A stretch of 64,000 nucleotides of DNA from Octopus vulgaris (taxonomy: Eukaryota), in contig OX597820.1 in the NCBI GenBank assembly GCA_951406725.2, positions 61,194,001-61,258,000 on the forward strand, given 5' to 3'. Positions 1 to 13,164 of the stretch are shown here, one piece after another. Position 1 is the first letter of the stretch, and each line of letters begins with the position of its first letter. Both the position numbers and the translations under genes were made by a program. The notes under the pieces are model-generated. The model ran no database searches. It had not been told where the DNA came from and worked only from the letters and a program-made list of their open reading frames with translations.

Positions 1-151
1 GCCTATACAGACTTATTACAGCAGATCCAAAAGTACCGCCCCCACAAAAACGTTCCCCGGGGCGAGTCGCCCCCTGCCCTCGTCTCCTTCTAAATTCTCT
101 CATGCTACTGATATACATATATATGTATATATATGTATGTATGTATGTATG

Positions 152-272
<121 letters not shown>

Positions 273-300
273 GGACGGACGGACGGACGGATGGATAGAC

Positions 301-388
<88 letters not shown>

Positions 389-604
389 TATGTGTGTATG
401 CGTGCATGAATGTGCGCATGTGTGTGTAAGCGTGTGAGTGATGTGCACATTTGAATAGACGAGGGGAAAACATCTGGTTTAGTAGCATTAAGATAACATT
501 ATAAAACTGAATGGATCTAAGTCAAAGTAATAATTAGTTTAGAGAAAGGCTAAATCAAACGAGAAAACATGTACAATATTAATGAGGGAATGTATGTATG
601 TATG

Positions 605-635
<31 letters not shown>

Positions 636-669
636 CTCTCTATATATATATGTATATATATATCTCTCT

Positions 670-898
670 CGGCGAGCTGGCAGAAACGTTAGCAGGACGG
701 GCGAAATGCGTAGCCGTATTTCGTCTGTCGTTACGTCGTGAGTTCAAATTCCGCCGAGGTCGACTTTGCCTTTCATCCTTTCGGGGTCGATAAATTAAGT
801 ACCAGTTACGCACTGGGGTCGATGTAATCGACTTAATCCGTTTGTCTGTCCTTGTTTGTCCCCTCTATGTTTAACCCCTTGTGGGCAATAAAGAAATA
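670..898 (+). mobile_element. tRNA-derived SINE with Meta-like central domain
   Basis: ggcgagctggcagaaacgttagc..gagttcaaattcc..gcctttcatcctttcggggtcgataaattaagtacc. Other copies at about 12836-12970(-), 13700-14130, 28955-29090, 30700-30880, 33380-33600, 37205-37433, 37690-38110, 41145-41380, 41926-42141(-, TSD TACAGATATTGTAT), 47235-47790, 58790-58950. Confidence 0.9.
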
Positions 899-960
899 TA
901 TATATATATATGCAGGTATGTATATATATATATGTGTGTGTGTGTACGTGTGTGTGTGTA

Positions 961-1199
961 GAGGATGGCCCAAAAGTAGGTTTACAGTAATACAACTATC
1001 TCTTTCACATTCATATATTAACAGATTAGATCTTCATTATTAAAAAAAAATATGAAACCATTAATCTATGCTAATTTAGTTAATTTTATCAAGTTCCCTT
1101 TTCAGTTTTGTAAGATACAAATTTAAATGTAATAAAATACTTTAAACAAAATTCAAAGTACCTACGTGATAACTGTAAGCCTACTTTTGGATCACCCTG
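961..1199. mobile_element. Tc1/mariner-type MITE
   Basis: TIRs GAGGATGGCCCAAAAGTAGGTTTACAGT / ACTGTAAGCCTACTTTTGGATCACCCTG. Confidence 0.75.
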
Positions 1200-1240
1200 T
1201 GTGTATGTATGTGTGTATATATATATATATATGTGTGTGC

Positions 1241-1289
<49 letters not shown>

Positions 1290-1384
1290 GTGTGTATGCA
1301 TATAGAAATACGTACATACATACATATAGATATATATATATATGTATATATGTATAGATTATATGAATAGATATATATATGTGT

Positions 1385-1428
<44 letters not shown>

Positions 1429-1483
1429 GTATATATGTATATATATATGTATATATATATATGAATAGATATATATATGTATG

Positions 1484-1533
<50 letters not shown>

Positions 1534-1570
1534 TGAATAGATATATATATGTATGTATATACATATATAA

Positions 1571-1602
<32 letters not shown>

Positions 1603-1613
1603 ATAGATATATA

Positions 1614-1647
<34 letters not shown>

Positions 1648-2089
1648 GTGTGTATGCATATAGAAATACGTACATACACACATACATACATAGCCGAAAG
1701 CTTTTCTGTTTGCATCGTATTGTTTTAGTACTATGTATGTATAATTATTCCTCTAGCAACTTGTAAAGCCGTAAGGCGTTTTCTATTGTATATGTACCAT
1801 TCCTTGTCTGTTACATCTTGCCATTATTTCTTATTGTATACGCAATGTTATTTTGTCTTGTCCTTGTACACATTCGTCAACTTTTCCTGTAGCTCTATGC
1901 TCTGGCGCCCCCCTTGCTAAGAGTGGTCTTGGTTTTAAATAGCGTGAAACTCACTCAGAAGTCACGGAAACCAACTGATAAGAAAATCAGCTGCGAATTT
2001 TCCTTGTATCGTGTTTTTGTCCCCCTTTTCTGTCCGTTATATTTTCGTCCAGTTTTCGTCTATTTTCCATTCTCTGTTTAACTTTTGAA

Positions 2090-2148
<59 letters not shown>

Positions 2149-2726
2149 GCATTTCACAATGAAATCATAAAGCAATCGGCTGAGTATCTCTACATAGTAT
2201 TCTTTGAAGAATTATGAGTCAGACAATATAGTGTGTTTGAATGACAAGAAAAGTTGTCACAAATCTTTAAGATTGATTTTACAGTTTGGCAGATGTGTGA
2301 GTGTGTCGTCCAAAATGCCTACAGTATCTAACTCTGTATGGTCCTGTTCTGAGTTCAAATTCCACCGAAGCAGCTTTGGTTTCTCGTTCATTTAGTGATG
2401 GAGAAAATATGCTGTCAGTCACGTTCTGAGGTCGATTAACATAAAGCATTTTAGATAATCAATGGGAAAAGAAAGAGAAAAATGAATAAGACAATGTCTG
2501 TCTTGATCTAGGGAGACGATGTATTCTGAAAGTTGAGGTTACACAAAATATTATTTTTTTAATATTTTCCTCTGAGTCACAAATAAATAAAGAATTGAGT
2601 GTTAGTTTAATGATAATAATTCAACCAGGAGAATATATATATATACGTCAAAATGTAACCACATGTGGATCGTTGGTGATTTTTTTACTCCATCTTCTTT
2701 TTCTCTTGGACTTTCTTCCGTCTCCT

Positions 2727-2761
2727 GTTTCTGACGAAGATCTTTCCTCGAAACGTAAAAC
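2727..2761 (+). ncRNA. Minimal hammerhead motif in a short PLE-like repeat (about 2660-2880)
   Basis: GTTT-CTGACGA-agatctttcctc-GAAA-cg-TA-AAAC. Stem II is eroded. Confidence 0.6.
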
Positions 2762-2878
2762 TTCCTTTCTTTCCTTCCCTGAGCGTCTGCTAATACTTTG
2801 CATGTACCAAGTCCTCGCGTTGTTTTTTTTTGTGTGTGTTTGTTCTTCGTTTTTTAGTTTTTTTGAGAGGGGATTTAC

Positions 2879-2946
<68 letters not shown>

Positions 2947-3134
2947 GTTATATATATATATTCTCATCCATGATGGAGACGAGTACCAACGTCCCATGTG
3001 GCAGCCTTAATGATTGCTGAGAATTCTCGGCATGAAACAAATAGTAGCCTTGTTAACCAACAAATAAAGAATATTTATCCACCAATACGGTGTTGAGCAC
3101 TCATATAATATATATATCCTTAAATCCTTAAAAA

Positions 3135-3498
3135 TGTTTCAGCCTGAAAGATGCAGCCATGCTGGGGCACCACCGTTCAATGAGCTACACTAGTATGTGA
3201 AACCACCTCTGATACGTGGGACTTGGTCAACAAGGGAGTTCGACGCCGCTGCCCGCATCAGTGTTTCCTACCGAAGGGTAGATTCATCTGGAACCCCTGA
3301 CAAGAAGAGATCCAGTTTAGTTTTAAAGAAACCCACATCCACACCATGCAGGTTTCTCAGGCACTTAGGAAGGATATTGAAGAGCTGTGGTCCCCTGAAA
3401 CCCAAGCTGTTGCAGCATCTGGTCCTGTATTTTGATGGTGATGTTAGGATCTTTGGCACCATGCAATGGCGCCCCGTTCTACTGTTGGGGTAACTTTC
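3135..3498 (-). mobile_element. CR1/L2-group LINE 3' fragment, same family as 20630-21362
   Basis: RTGRHC..SLGFRGPQLFNILPKCLRNLHGVDVGFFKTKLDLFLSGVPDE, plus the shared 3' UTR. Confidence 0.9.
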
Positions 3499-4084
3499 AA
3501 TATATATATATATATTCACTGGAGCACATTTCAGTCCATTTCAAAATCACTTTGGTGAAATCAAAAAAGGATGATGGACCATACCCTTGAAGAAATCTCA
3601 GCTGGTGATTGTCTGATTGTATTGATGCATATTACCTTATTTTCTGTAATGAAATGCTACTGAAGATCTAAAGCCTCTTTTGCATTATAGTTTCCACATA
3701 TCCAGTTGTGAATTGTCTTTGTTAACGGATAATTTCTAAACAATTTAGACTTTACACGACTTTTCATGTGTAACTTCAGTCTGCTCCATACTGACTCATC
3801 TACTGTATTTGATGGCACATAAGACGCACTTTCTTTGTTTTTACTTTATCTCTAAAAATATCACCGTGGATCCTACATGCGAAATTGGGCCTATATTACA
3901 TGGTATAATGCACTAAAAACATGTTTCCTGAATACGCGCTACTGAAATCGGGGTACGTCTAATACGCCTGTGTATCTTTTATACCACCGAATACTGTAAA
4001 ATATTGAGAAATAGTTATTAAGTGATGACACAGAAATTTAGTCAAGTATACTGTGTCGAATAGTTTGGAAATACATAATTGTCA

Positions 4085-4254
4085 CTAAGAGCCACAGATC
4101 AAAGAACTTTTTGATGAAATTCGATTGCACTTCTGAGACAAAATAATTGTTGATCGTAGGTCGGGGCACAAAAAGTGAACGAATATATTGTGCAGGTCGT
4201 GGTTATGCTGAAGGACATCGTTTTTGTATGTTCTGGATGTTGTAGTGTCAGAAA
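4085..4254 (-). CDS. Possible terminal exon of the sushi-domain gene
   Basis: Strong acceptor ttcgtttcttttgcag|. Open in phase 1 (compatible with the sushi exon) to TAG at 4085: SDTTTSRTYKNDVLQHNHDLHNIFVHFLCPDLRSTIILSQKCNRISSKSSLICGS*. No recognisable domain. Confidence 0.35.
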
Positions 4255-4739
4255 CTGCAAAAGAAACGAAGATACTTTTAGAGTATATTTCAAATTTGAA
4301 GAAGAGCATAGCGAAAGGTGCGTTTAGTTGAAACACATATCATAAAAACACTTTTCGAACTATGGTTATATTAATAAATCTACAATATTATCTAATTCAT
4401 TGATATAATGTATCTGACGTCATATAAGTCGCACTTTTTTCCCTAAAAGTTTCAAATTATCATATTGGGTCTTATATGCGAAGTTGGGGTTATATTAATG
4501 CTTTAATGCACTAAAATATGATTATTATGTAGGGCAAAGACAGCAAATAAGCTCAACGGAGGCTCAGAAAGATTTCTGAAAACCAGCACTTTTGTAACCT
4601 AACTGTGAATGTTCCCCAAAACGGGCAAAGTTGGAATATATTCTGGAATATGTTGAAACACACCAGTAATTATAGGATATTTCAAAAATTATGTTGGCAT
4701 CATTTCCAGTTTCAATTACATTTATATATTTTATCAGGT

Positions 4740-4935
4740 AACTTCAGAGGGACCCCAAGGGGAAGATGATTGGATAACATCCATGGGCTCGGTTGGTCTT
4801 GCTTGGGGGTTCATCCGGAGCAACTGGAGATTGTTGCTTCTCATAAGACCCGATGGAAGACGTACTTGCGGACTCTTCCCCCATGACCCCCACAATCGTC
4901 TGGAATAAGTGGGCAAAGAAGATAGGGGTGAGATG
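4740..4935 (+). mobile_element. RTE-type LINE extreme 3' remnant
   Basis: RGTPRGR*LDNIHGLGWSCLGVHPEQLEIVASHKTRWKTYLRTLP resembles the RTE C-terminus (RGRP..RW.D.I..W..LG......A.DR..W). Confidence 0.6.
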
Positions 4936-5003
4936 AATTCCAACTAGGCATGATTGTCTATTTGGTTTGTCGCTTATAAATAAGGTTTATTGGTTTACAT
5001 GTA

Positions 5004-5214
5004 CGAGGGGTACATGTAAAAGTTCATGGCTTTGGGTAAAAGAAAATACAGAAGAATCAGTTAATTATGATTTTATTCAACATTCTCAGATTCACACGCC
5101 TATTACAGTGGTCCTTCAGTTTTTCTAAGCCCTGTAAAAGAACTCGGAAGGTTGGTCCTCCAACCAGGCCTTTCGAAATACCCTTAAAGTCAGGGACTTT
5201 TCAGCACACCCTCG
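5004..5214. mobile_element. Mariner-derived MITE with TA TSD
   Basis: TA-CGAGGGGT..AAAAGTTCATGGCTTT ... AAAGTCAGGGACTTTTCAGCACACCCTCG-TA. Confidence 0.8.
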
Positions 5215-6205
5215 TAGTAGCGAGCTGATGGTGGGGCATGGCGGGGGTTGCCTACTCTGGGCGATGTTTTTATGGAGGTGACGCTTTTGGCTGTGCTCTA
5301 TAAGCCTGTGCAGAGGGCGAGAGCAGAAAACCCAAGGGCTGTCACGAGCGGCACACATTGTTGTTACACCACTGTCTACATGTCATTGTATATTGTTTGA
5401 TTTGACATCCGATAAATCAATATAAAACACAAGTTTGCGTTGAACACTGTTCGCTTTTATGTTGTACGGAGAAGGCAGATTAAAATAATGTACTCATGCT
5501 CTGGTGTGCATATTTCAACATTATGTGACATTGTGGATTTTTTTCTCGGAACACGTTTGAACATTCTGTTGGTTACTTCGTCATTTTCGTTCATTTCATT
5601 AACCTGAGCAACATAATAGTGTGCATCTTTCTTTCTTGCAAAATGCACCCATCATTATCTACCCCACCCCTGTGCATTTAAATGGTTTCCACTATCCTGT
5701 TCTCATGTTTCTAAAGAAAATAATGCAACTAATGTTTGCCTGCACTTTCATTCTCTACCCAAGACTGTTGTATTTTCAGACAACACGCATATTCAAATGC
5801 TAAACTTCTGACCTCTTTTTGAGTTTAAGCGCTACTACGTAAGACGATGTACCAGGCGTAGCTAGAATGTGTGCCACCCGAAGCAGCCCTTAAGTTTTAC
5901 ACCCCACCCTTCTAAGTTTATACATGCTTTTACAACAGACCGAAAAGTGCATTGCCCAGGTCGTACTGACCCTCACCTCACTAACTACGCTATAGCCTGC
6001 GATAGTGGAGTTGGTTAAATCAGTTCTAAGCCCTCTCAGGGTATTCCAACAAACCGCATTGCTGTAATGACCTCAACATACACTACACAGATTGAAGCAA
6101 GCAAAATAATTTCCCCTCTAATTCCAATTATTTTCAGTAAACAATCAACACAACAAAGTTAATCCCTGTCTGCAGTATTTACTATACAAATATTATATTT
6201 CTATT

Positions 6206-6547
6206 TCGTTTTTGGATTTGGTTTGCAAGATTCTTTATATGAGTTCGTGTGTTGAAGCATATTCTGTTGTGTCTGGGGAGAGTCATTTTCTTTTTGTACC
6301 TTATAATTTAACACACTCACCGGTAAAAATTTCCACTTATTTCTTATTTTTATTTTCCTAAAATTTTTAATTTCCTAAAATTTTCGTTGCATCTCTCAAT
6401 AGTCTTGAAAGTCAAGAGTACTGAAAAGGTTACAAGACGCAACGAAAATTTTAGGAAAATAAAAATAAGAAATAAGTGGAAATTTTACCGGTGAGTGTGT
6501 TAAATTATAAGGCACAAAAAGAAAATGACTCTCCCCAGACACAACAG
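6206..6547. mobile_element. Foldback insertion (about 130-bp inverted arms) with 17-bp target-site duplication, probably Penelope-type
   Basis: Arms about 6260-6390 and 6435-6550 are reverse complements. AATATTATATTTCTATT occurs at 6189-6205 and 6548-6564. Confidence 0.7.
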
Positions 6548-7120
6548 AATATTATATTTCTATTAAACAAAAAATTTACTTTAATATGTTAGAAATACGA
6601 AAAGCTTTTTTTACACATGAAAAGCTTCAGCATCAATTTGATACGAAATTGGTATCAAATTGATGAAAAGTATTTTGAGGTTAACAGCACAAACCTCACC
6701 AGGATTTTTAATTTCTGCTAAAAATAAGAAGTGTTTTAACTTATGGGTGTAGGTGTTGTATCATAAAAATAGTTCACCCATCCCAGCCCATGTTAAACTA
6801 TATGCTCTCATATGGTTCCCACACAAGGGATTCATGAGCCCAAAGGCCTTCTAAGTCCCAGGGTTGCAGCACCCGTAACATCTACCTTAAGAAAGCACTA
6901 CGTGCGGCCATGAGTGTGTATGTGCGTGTGTATGTGTGTGAGAGAGAAAGAGAAAGAGAGAGAGTAAGTATGTGTGTGTGTGTGTGTTCTTATGCTTACA
7001 TGCGTATGGTTAAGCGCGCGTGTGTGTGTATGGGTTTATGCATACATGCATACAGTTTAGGGCGTGTGTGTCTGTTTTGTGTGCGCGAACATATGGGCGT
7101 GTGTTTAAGTGTATATCAGT

Positions 7121-7195
<75 letters not shown>

Positions 7196-7636
7196 TATGC
7201 ATATACGCATATAGTTCAGCGCGCGCGTGCATTCATGTGTTTACGATTGTATGCATACAGTTAAACGCACGTGTACGTGTACATCTGTTATGTGTGGGCC
7301 TGTGCTAAAGAGTATACCTGTGTGTGTGTGTTTGTGTGTGTATGCATGCATATATATATGTGTATGCGTTTAAACGTGAGTGTTTGTGCATCAGTGCATG
7401 CCTTTACGCATGTATGCAATAATGTGCATTTGCATGCATACGTGCATGTGTTTAAGTGTGCGTGCACACAAGGACATATAGTTAAACGTGCATTAGTCCA
7501 TTTGTGCATATGCGAGTGTGCATGCATAGGTTGCACGTGTCAGCGTGCAACCTGGTGCATGCATGTAAATTCTGCCTGCCTGCACAAGTTGCGCGTCCAT
7601 GCATTTGTGTGTACGTGTATGCATAAAACAATCTAA

Positions 7637-8045
7637 GCAGGAGTGGCTGTGTGGTAAGTAGCTTGCTTACCAACCACATGGTTCCGGGTTCAGTTCCACT
7701 GCGTGATATCCTGGGCAAGTGTCTTCTACTATAACCTCGGGCCGACCAAAGCCTTGTGAGTGGATTTGGTAGACGGAAACTGAAAGAAGCCCGTCGTATA
7801 TATGTATATATATCTATGTGTGTGTGTGTGTGCATGTTTGTATGTCTATGTTTGTCCCCCTAGCATTGCTTGACAACTGATGCTGGTGTGTTTACGTCGC
7901 CCTCACCCAGCGGTTCGGCAAAAGAGACCGATAGAATAAGTAGTGGGCTTACAAAGAATAAATCCCGGGGTCGATTTGCTCGACTAAAGGCGGTGCTCCA
8001 GCATGGCCGCAGTCAAAGGACTGAAACAAGTAAAAGAGTAAAAGA
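7637..8045 (+). mobile_element. tRNA-derived CORE-like SINE with central microsatellite (most abundant family)
   Basis: gcaggagtggctgtgtggtaag..ggttcagt..gggcaagtgtcttctactata..[(TA)n(TG)n]..ccagcatggccgcagtc..gaaacaagtaaaag. Other copies at about 8262-8700(-), 9320-9640, 10237-10615, 16702-17130, 17889-18285, 22965-23165, 25425-25620(-), 26325-26442(-), 29230-29460(-), 43220-43637(-), 48500-48915(-), 52693-53112(-), 57020-57377(-), 63195-63560(-). Confidence 0.9.
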
Positions 8046-8491
8046 GTGTGTGTATGAGAGTATGTGTGTGAGTGTTCATAGATGCATGTATTTATATATG
8101 TGAGTGTCTGTTTGAGTTGTGTGTGCGTATGAGCAAACACATATTTCTTCGTGCGTATGTGTATGTGGAATTCTCTCTGTTTCTTAGTTATCCAATTCTT
8201 CAAATCCCTATTTCATCAAAGATCTTTCATTATTCGCCATGAGCAATGGAGCCGGTTATCTCTTTTACTCTTTTACTTGTTTCGGCCATTTGACTATGGC
8301 TATGCTGGAGCAACGCCTTTAGTCGAGCCAATCGACCCCAGGATTTATTCTTTGTAAGCCTAATACTTATTCTATCCGTCTCTTTTGCCGAACTGCTAAG
8401 TTACGGGGACGTAAACACACCAGCATCGGTTGTCAAGCGATGTTGGGGGGGGGGACAAACATATACACACAAACCCATACACACACACACG

Positions 8492-8522
<31 letters not shown>

Positions 8523-9453
8523 GTATATATATATATATACATATACATATATACGACGGGCTTCTTTCAGTTTCCGTCTACCAAATCCACTCACAAGGCT
8601 TTGGTCGGCCCCAGGCTATAGTAGAAGACACTTGTCCAAGGTGCCACACAGTGGGACTGAACCCAGAACCATGTGGTTCGAAAGCAGGCTACTTATCACA
8701 CATTCACGGTCAATCATTTTTTACCTATGGATCTCCTTTGATTCCAATGTTAGTAGTGTGGACGCTCCTAGCCATTCGCTGTTTATAAAATCCTATTATA
8801 TTTTTACGATTAAATATTATTAGGAATTGTAAAAAAAAATGAATATTCTGTGTATTGTAGAAATATAATCAATTTATTGCACATAATTTTTAACAACAAA
8901 ATTTTACATGGGCCCTCACTAAGGGCGATGTGGATCCCGGCTGACAACCACTGCTCTAAATCTTCGCTCTAGATACTTAGTAGCCACATACGACAATATT
9001 CTCGCGAAATAGCTTCTAAAATACGAAATTTTGTCAAAAATGTTGAAAGTAAACCATGTTCAGCTTGAGAAATTACAACAGTATACGAAGTTTTAAACTG
9101 TTTAGTTAAAAAAAAATAATTAAAAAATCTGTGAGCTAATCTTAAAAAGGAGAAAGACACTTTAGATAAAGTAGTCCTAAATACTGTAAAAAAAAAAAGC
9201 TGGAATGGTCATGGTTGGCATACTAAAATATCATAAGTCTACTCTACTCAACTGAGACTAAGCAACAATTATCTACTCAGTTTTCCCCTTTTTTTTTCTG
9301 TTTATACTAGCTGTTAAGATCTCGCTTTGCAGCCATGTATGTTCGAGTTGAGTCCCACTGCCGGGTACCTTACACAAGTATCTTCTACTATAACCCCGGG
9401 TCAACTAGTGCCTTGTGAGTGAGTTTAGTTGACGGAAACTGTTCGGAAGTCAA

Positions 9454-9505
<52 letters not shown>

Positions 9506-10182
9506 ATGTGTGCGTGTGTGTGTTTCTGTGTATGTGTGTTATTATGCGTTTGCCTCCCCCTTCTATCCAACACTTGAAAACTGGTGCTGTTTTGTTTACG
9601 TTCCCGTAACTTATCGGTTCTGCAAAAGACGCTAATATAAAACAAAGGAGTTAAATGCCGAAACAAGAGAATGATAGAAAAAAGTATATCTGTAGAAGTT
9701 TTCTCTTCCAATTCATCACTGTTCCTTCTCGCCCCTTTACTTTTCACTATTTCGACTGGACTTGCCACTCCCTCCCCCTCTCTCTACCTCTCTCTCTTTA
9801 AGTATGTAAGTGTGTGTTTGACAACCCTTGTCACCCTCTTTATATGAAGCAGCTCCTAGGGTTTGTGTAATGTTTCGCTTGCTCATTCAATGCTTTTGAC
9901 GAACGTAAATACATTATTCAATGTGCTTAAATACATTTATTTACCTAACGTCTTTAAAATGCAGAAATACCAATTAACTATTGAATGTGAGTAGGCTTTC
10001 TAATACCTTACGCATCTTTTACATAGCTAGTATTGTAGTTTGTGATGAAATAGTTAATATTTTCAATCAAAGGGACATAACTCCTACACATAGTTACTTC
10101 CCTTGTAATATTTAGCAGATTACAAAAATTTACTTCATAAACTAATCTAATAATTTGTATAGCAGAAATATTACATGCATTA

Positions 10183-10237
<55 letters not shown>

Positions 10238-10327
10238 CACAAGAGTGGCTGTGCGGTACGTAGCTTGCTTACCAACCACATAGCTCCTTGTGAGTAGATT
10301 TGGTAGACGGAAACGGAAAGAAGCCCG

Positions 10328-10402
<75 letters not shown>

Positions 10403-10679
10403 TGTTTGTGTGTGTGTGTGTGTTTGTGTATGTGTGTTTGTCGCCATCTTTTGCTGGTGTGTTTACATTCCCGTAAACTAGTCGTTCGGCAAAAGAGACC
10501 GATAAAATAAGTCCTAGGCTTACAAAGAATAAGTCCTGGGGTCGATTTGTTCGACTAAAAGTGATGCTGCAGCATGGTTGCAGTTAAATGACTGAAACAA
10601 ATAAAAGGGTAAAGAGTGTATGTATATATATATGCATACATACGTACATACATACATGTGTATGCGCACACACACTGAC

Positions 10680-10756
<77 letters not shown>

Positions 10757-10859
10757 TGTGTGTGTGTGTGAGTAAACCATAAAAGTCAGGTATGGGAGGT
10801 GAATATTTAACCACTTGCCATCGCACTCTTCCTCATGTAAAAAAAATATTATGATAATA

Positions 10860-11310
10860 ATAACGATGATGATGAGGATGAAATTGTGTATAGTGCTCAG
10901 GTGCACTACAACTCATCAAAGGTGCATGTACAGTGCATAGAACTATATACAAAAGTCAAGAAAGTGAACCGTGTATGGGACATGATATACATGTGGTGAA
11001 TACATATGGTGTGGGGGACATCAGGTGTAGTGTTGGCAAATTTCAGGAAACATGGAGGTTTTAAAGGATGCAATGTTTCGGCAACTAACAACTGATGCAG
11101 GTAGTTTATTCTGTGTTTCAACAATTCTGAGTGTGAAAAAATGTTTCCGAAAGTCATGGGAGCTGTGCTGTTTTCGGACTTTGTAGGCATGCCCACGTGA
11201 GTTAGACACATGGAGCTCAAAATGGTGCTCAAAATGGTTGTTGGCACAATGGTTAATAACGTCAGTGTGTAATCAATTATTTTACATGTCTGCACTAATG
11301 TACATGCTAC
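10860..11310 (-). mobile_element. CR1 LINE 3' end
   Basis: SRGHAYKVRKQ..FRKHFFTLRIVETQNKLPASVV..SFK is a CR1 ORF2 C-terminal pattern (TRGH..FF..RV..WN.LP..VV). Confidence 0.8.
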
Positions 11311-11724
11311 ACATTATACAATATAATTGTGTATTGATAAATGAGTGCAGGTAAAGAAAGCTAGCTCATCAGATCGCTAGGACATCATGCTTACACCAAC
11401 GCCTCAACTCTCAGAGTTTGTTCTGAAACCCAAAGAAAGACGTAAATCGTGAACACGCGATAATGGTTATTACTTTTTGCTCTTTCTCCATCTAAATATA
11501 TTGGCTAACAACTCTTCATTATTTGCGGTGTTTTTCATTATTAATCGTATCACTTAACCGAAAATTTGTTTCGCATTCTTGGTACTAACGTGCGTCAATT
11601 TCTCTCCGCTTTCTTTTAACTAAATTTATTCTCATACAGTAAAACATGCTTCTTTGTTTGCGAAAGAAAATAAAGACACAGCCGTATAACTACACAAGTT
11701 AGCCCCTATCTCCGCTTTGTTTCC

Positions 11725-12005
11725 TCATAACTTTCAGAAAAAAACTGAAAGACTGATATTTTTTCTACAGACAACATTTCAGAAAGTGTACATTGCGATT
11801 ATATCGGAATTTAATGTGGAAAAATAAAAAATGGTGGATGCACATACGTACATACTGATGTGTATCAGTATGTAGGCACACCTACCACTTTTTTTTTTTC
11901 TTTCTTTTCTGAAATTAAATTCCGATATAATCGTAACCTACACTATCTGAAAGGAATTTACAGAAAATTTCATTATTAAAATGTCCATTTTTCTGAATGT
12001 TATGT
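11725..12005. repeat. Long imperfect palindrome (palindromic MITE-like)
   Basis: Centre TACATACTGAT-gtgt-ATCAGTATGTA. Outer arms cgattatatcggaatttaat / attaaattccgatataatcg. Confidence 0.65.
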
Positions 12006-13001
12006 GAAGGTCAACTCCTGTGAATTATCTAAAACTCCTCTCCCCACGCCTAAATTCCGATGTACTCGGACCTGCAGCAACTGAATGGTATTTGCAGAAA
12101 ATTTCATTAAAAAATATTAATTTTTTTTTGAAAGTCATGACGAAATAAAAGTCATGGTAGCATTTGTGTAGGTTTTCCGACACTTAGCGACTGACGGTAA
12201 GTGTCTCAACATGCCATGTTAGTTACAATAAGTATTATTCATTCCGGCATCTTCAAAACTATATCATTATTTCGTCTGTATTTTTACATTACGTCTATGA
12301 ATATTGAATTTACAACGCTTCTTAAGATTAGAATTACAATACTTTTCTCATTGCGATTAGGAAGACATTCGCCTGAATGTGAATAACTCGTCTTTCAACG
12401 GATAAAAATCCATCTTGTATACAAGAAGTAGGTATTACAAATTAGTGTCTTGCGTTTCAAAGTGGAGATTTATTGCTATCAGTTTTTCAATTTCATTAAC
12501 CCAACTTTATTTTACTTAATATTCTCTCCCCACCTTCTCTCTCTCCCCCACTTTTCTCTCCCATTTTTGCCCCATCCTCTCTCTCTCCCACTTTCTCTCT
12601 TTCTCTCTCTCTCTCTCTCTCAACTCGATAAACTTACTTTTCACCCAATACGCCTCTTCAATGAAATAGCAAGATTGTACACCACCCGGGATAGCTCTTG
12701 AGTTTGACGCCCACCCAGCCCCCAAGCCTACACCGAATTACACTGTCCCCATAAAAGCGTCTCCCTAGGTAGACCGCATCTTCACCTCTCTTCCCATACT
12801 CGGCTACCCTACTGCGTTTCCTAAATTTACCTTCTCTTTTCTACTCTAAGCACAAGGCCCGAAATCTGAGTGGAGGGGGGGACAGTCGATTAGACCCCAG
12901 TACGCAACTCGTACTTAATTTATCCATCCCCGAAAGGCTAAAAGGCGAAAGTCGACCTCGGCAAAATTTGAATATCTTCTCTTTCAAAATGATGGACTCA
13001 C

Positions 13002-13164
13002 CGTAATTCCAACGAAGGTTCTTTTGTTTTTTCATGTGTTCTACATCTAAAATTGTCAATTCATGCTGCAAATTTGTGAACTTCATGATCTTAACACTAT
13101 TGCAGAATATACATTGCTTTTTTTTACATAAAATATACCATCTGTGGGTGCCAGACATTTTCTC
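13002..13164 (-). other. Candidate exon (163 nt), unassigned
   Basis: Acceptor atattttcag| and donor G|gtgagt. Open only from phase 0 (EKMSGTHRWYILCKKKQC...RWNY), so it cannot follow the phase-1 sushi exon directly. Confidence 0.25.

Noticed and set aside
5457-5800. Minus-strand ORF FARKKDAHYYVAQVNEMNENDEV
   Set aside because: Resembles a decayed transposase C-terminus but is too short and frameshifted to assign; no splice support.
9870-9900. Partial hammerhead-like strings (also near 1915-1960, 11365, 40010, 63090)
   Set aside because: Only one core half is present or no supporting stems; expected by chance or too decayed to call.
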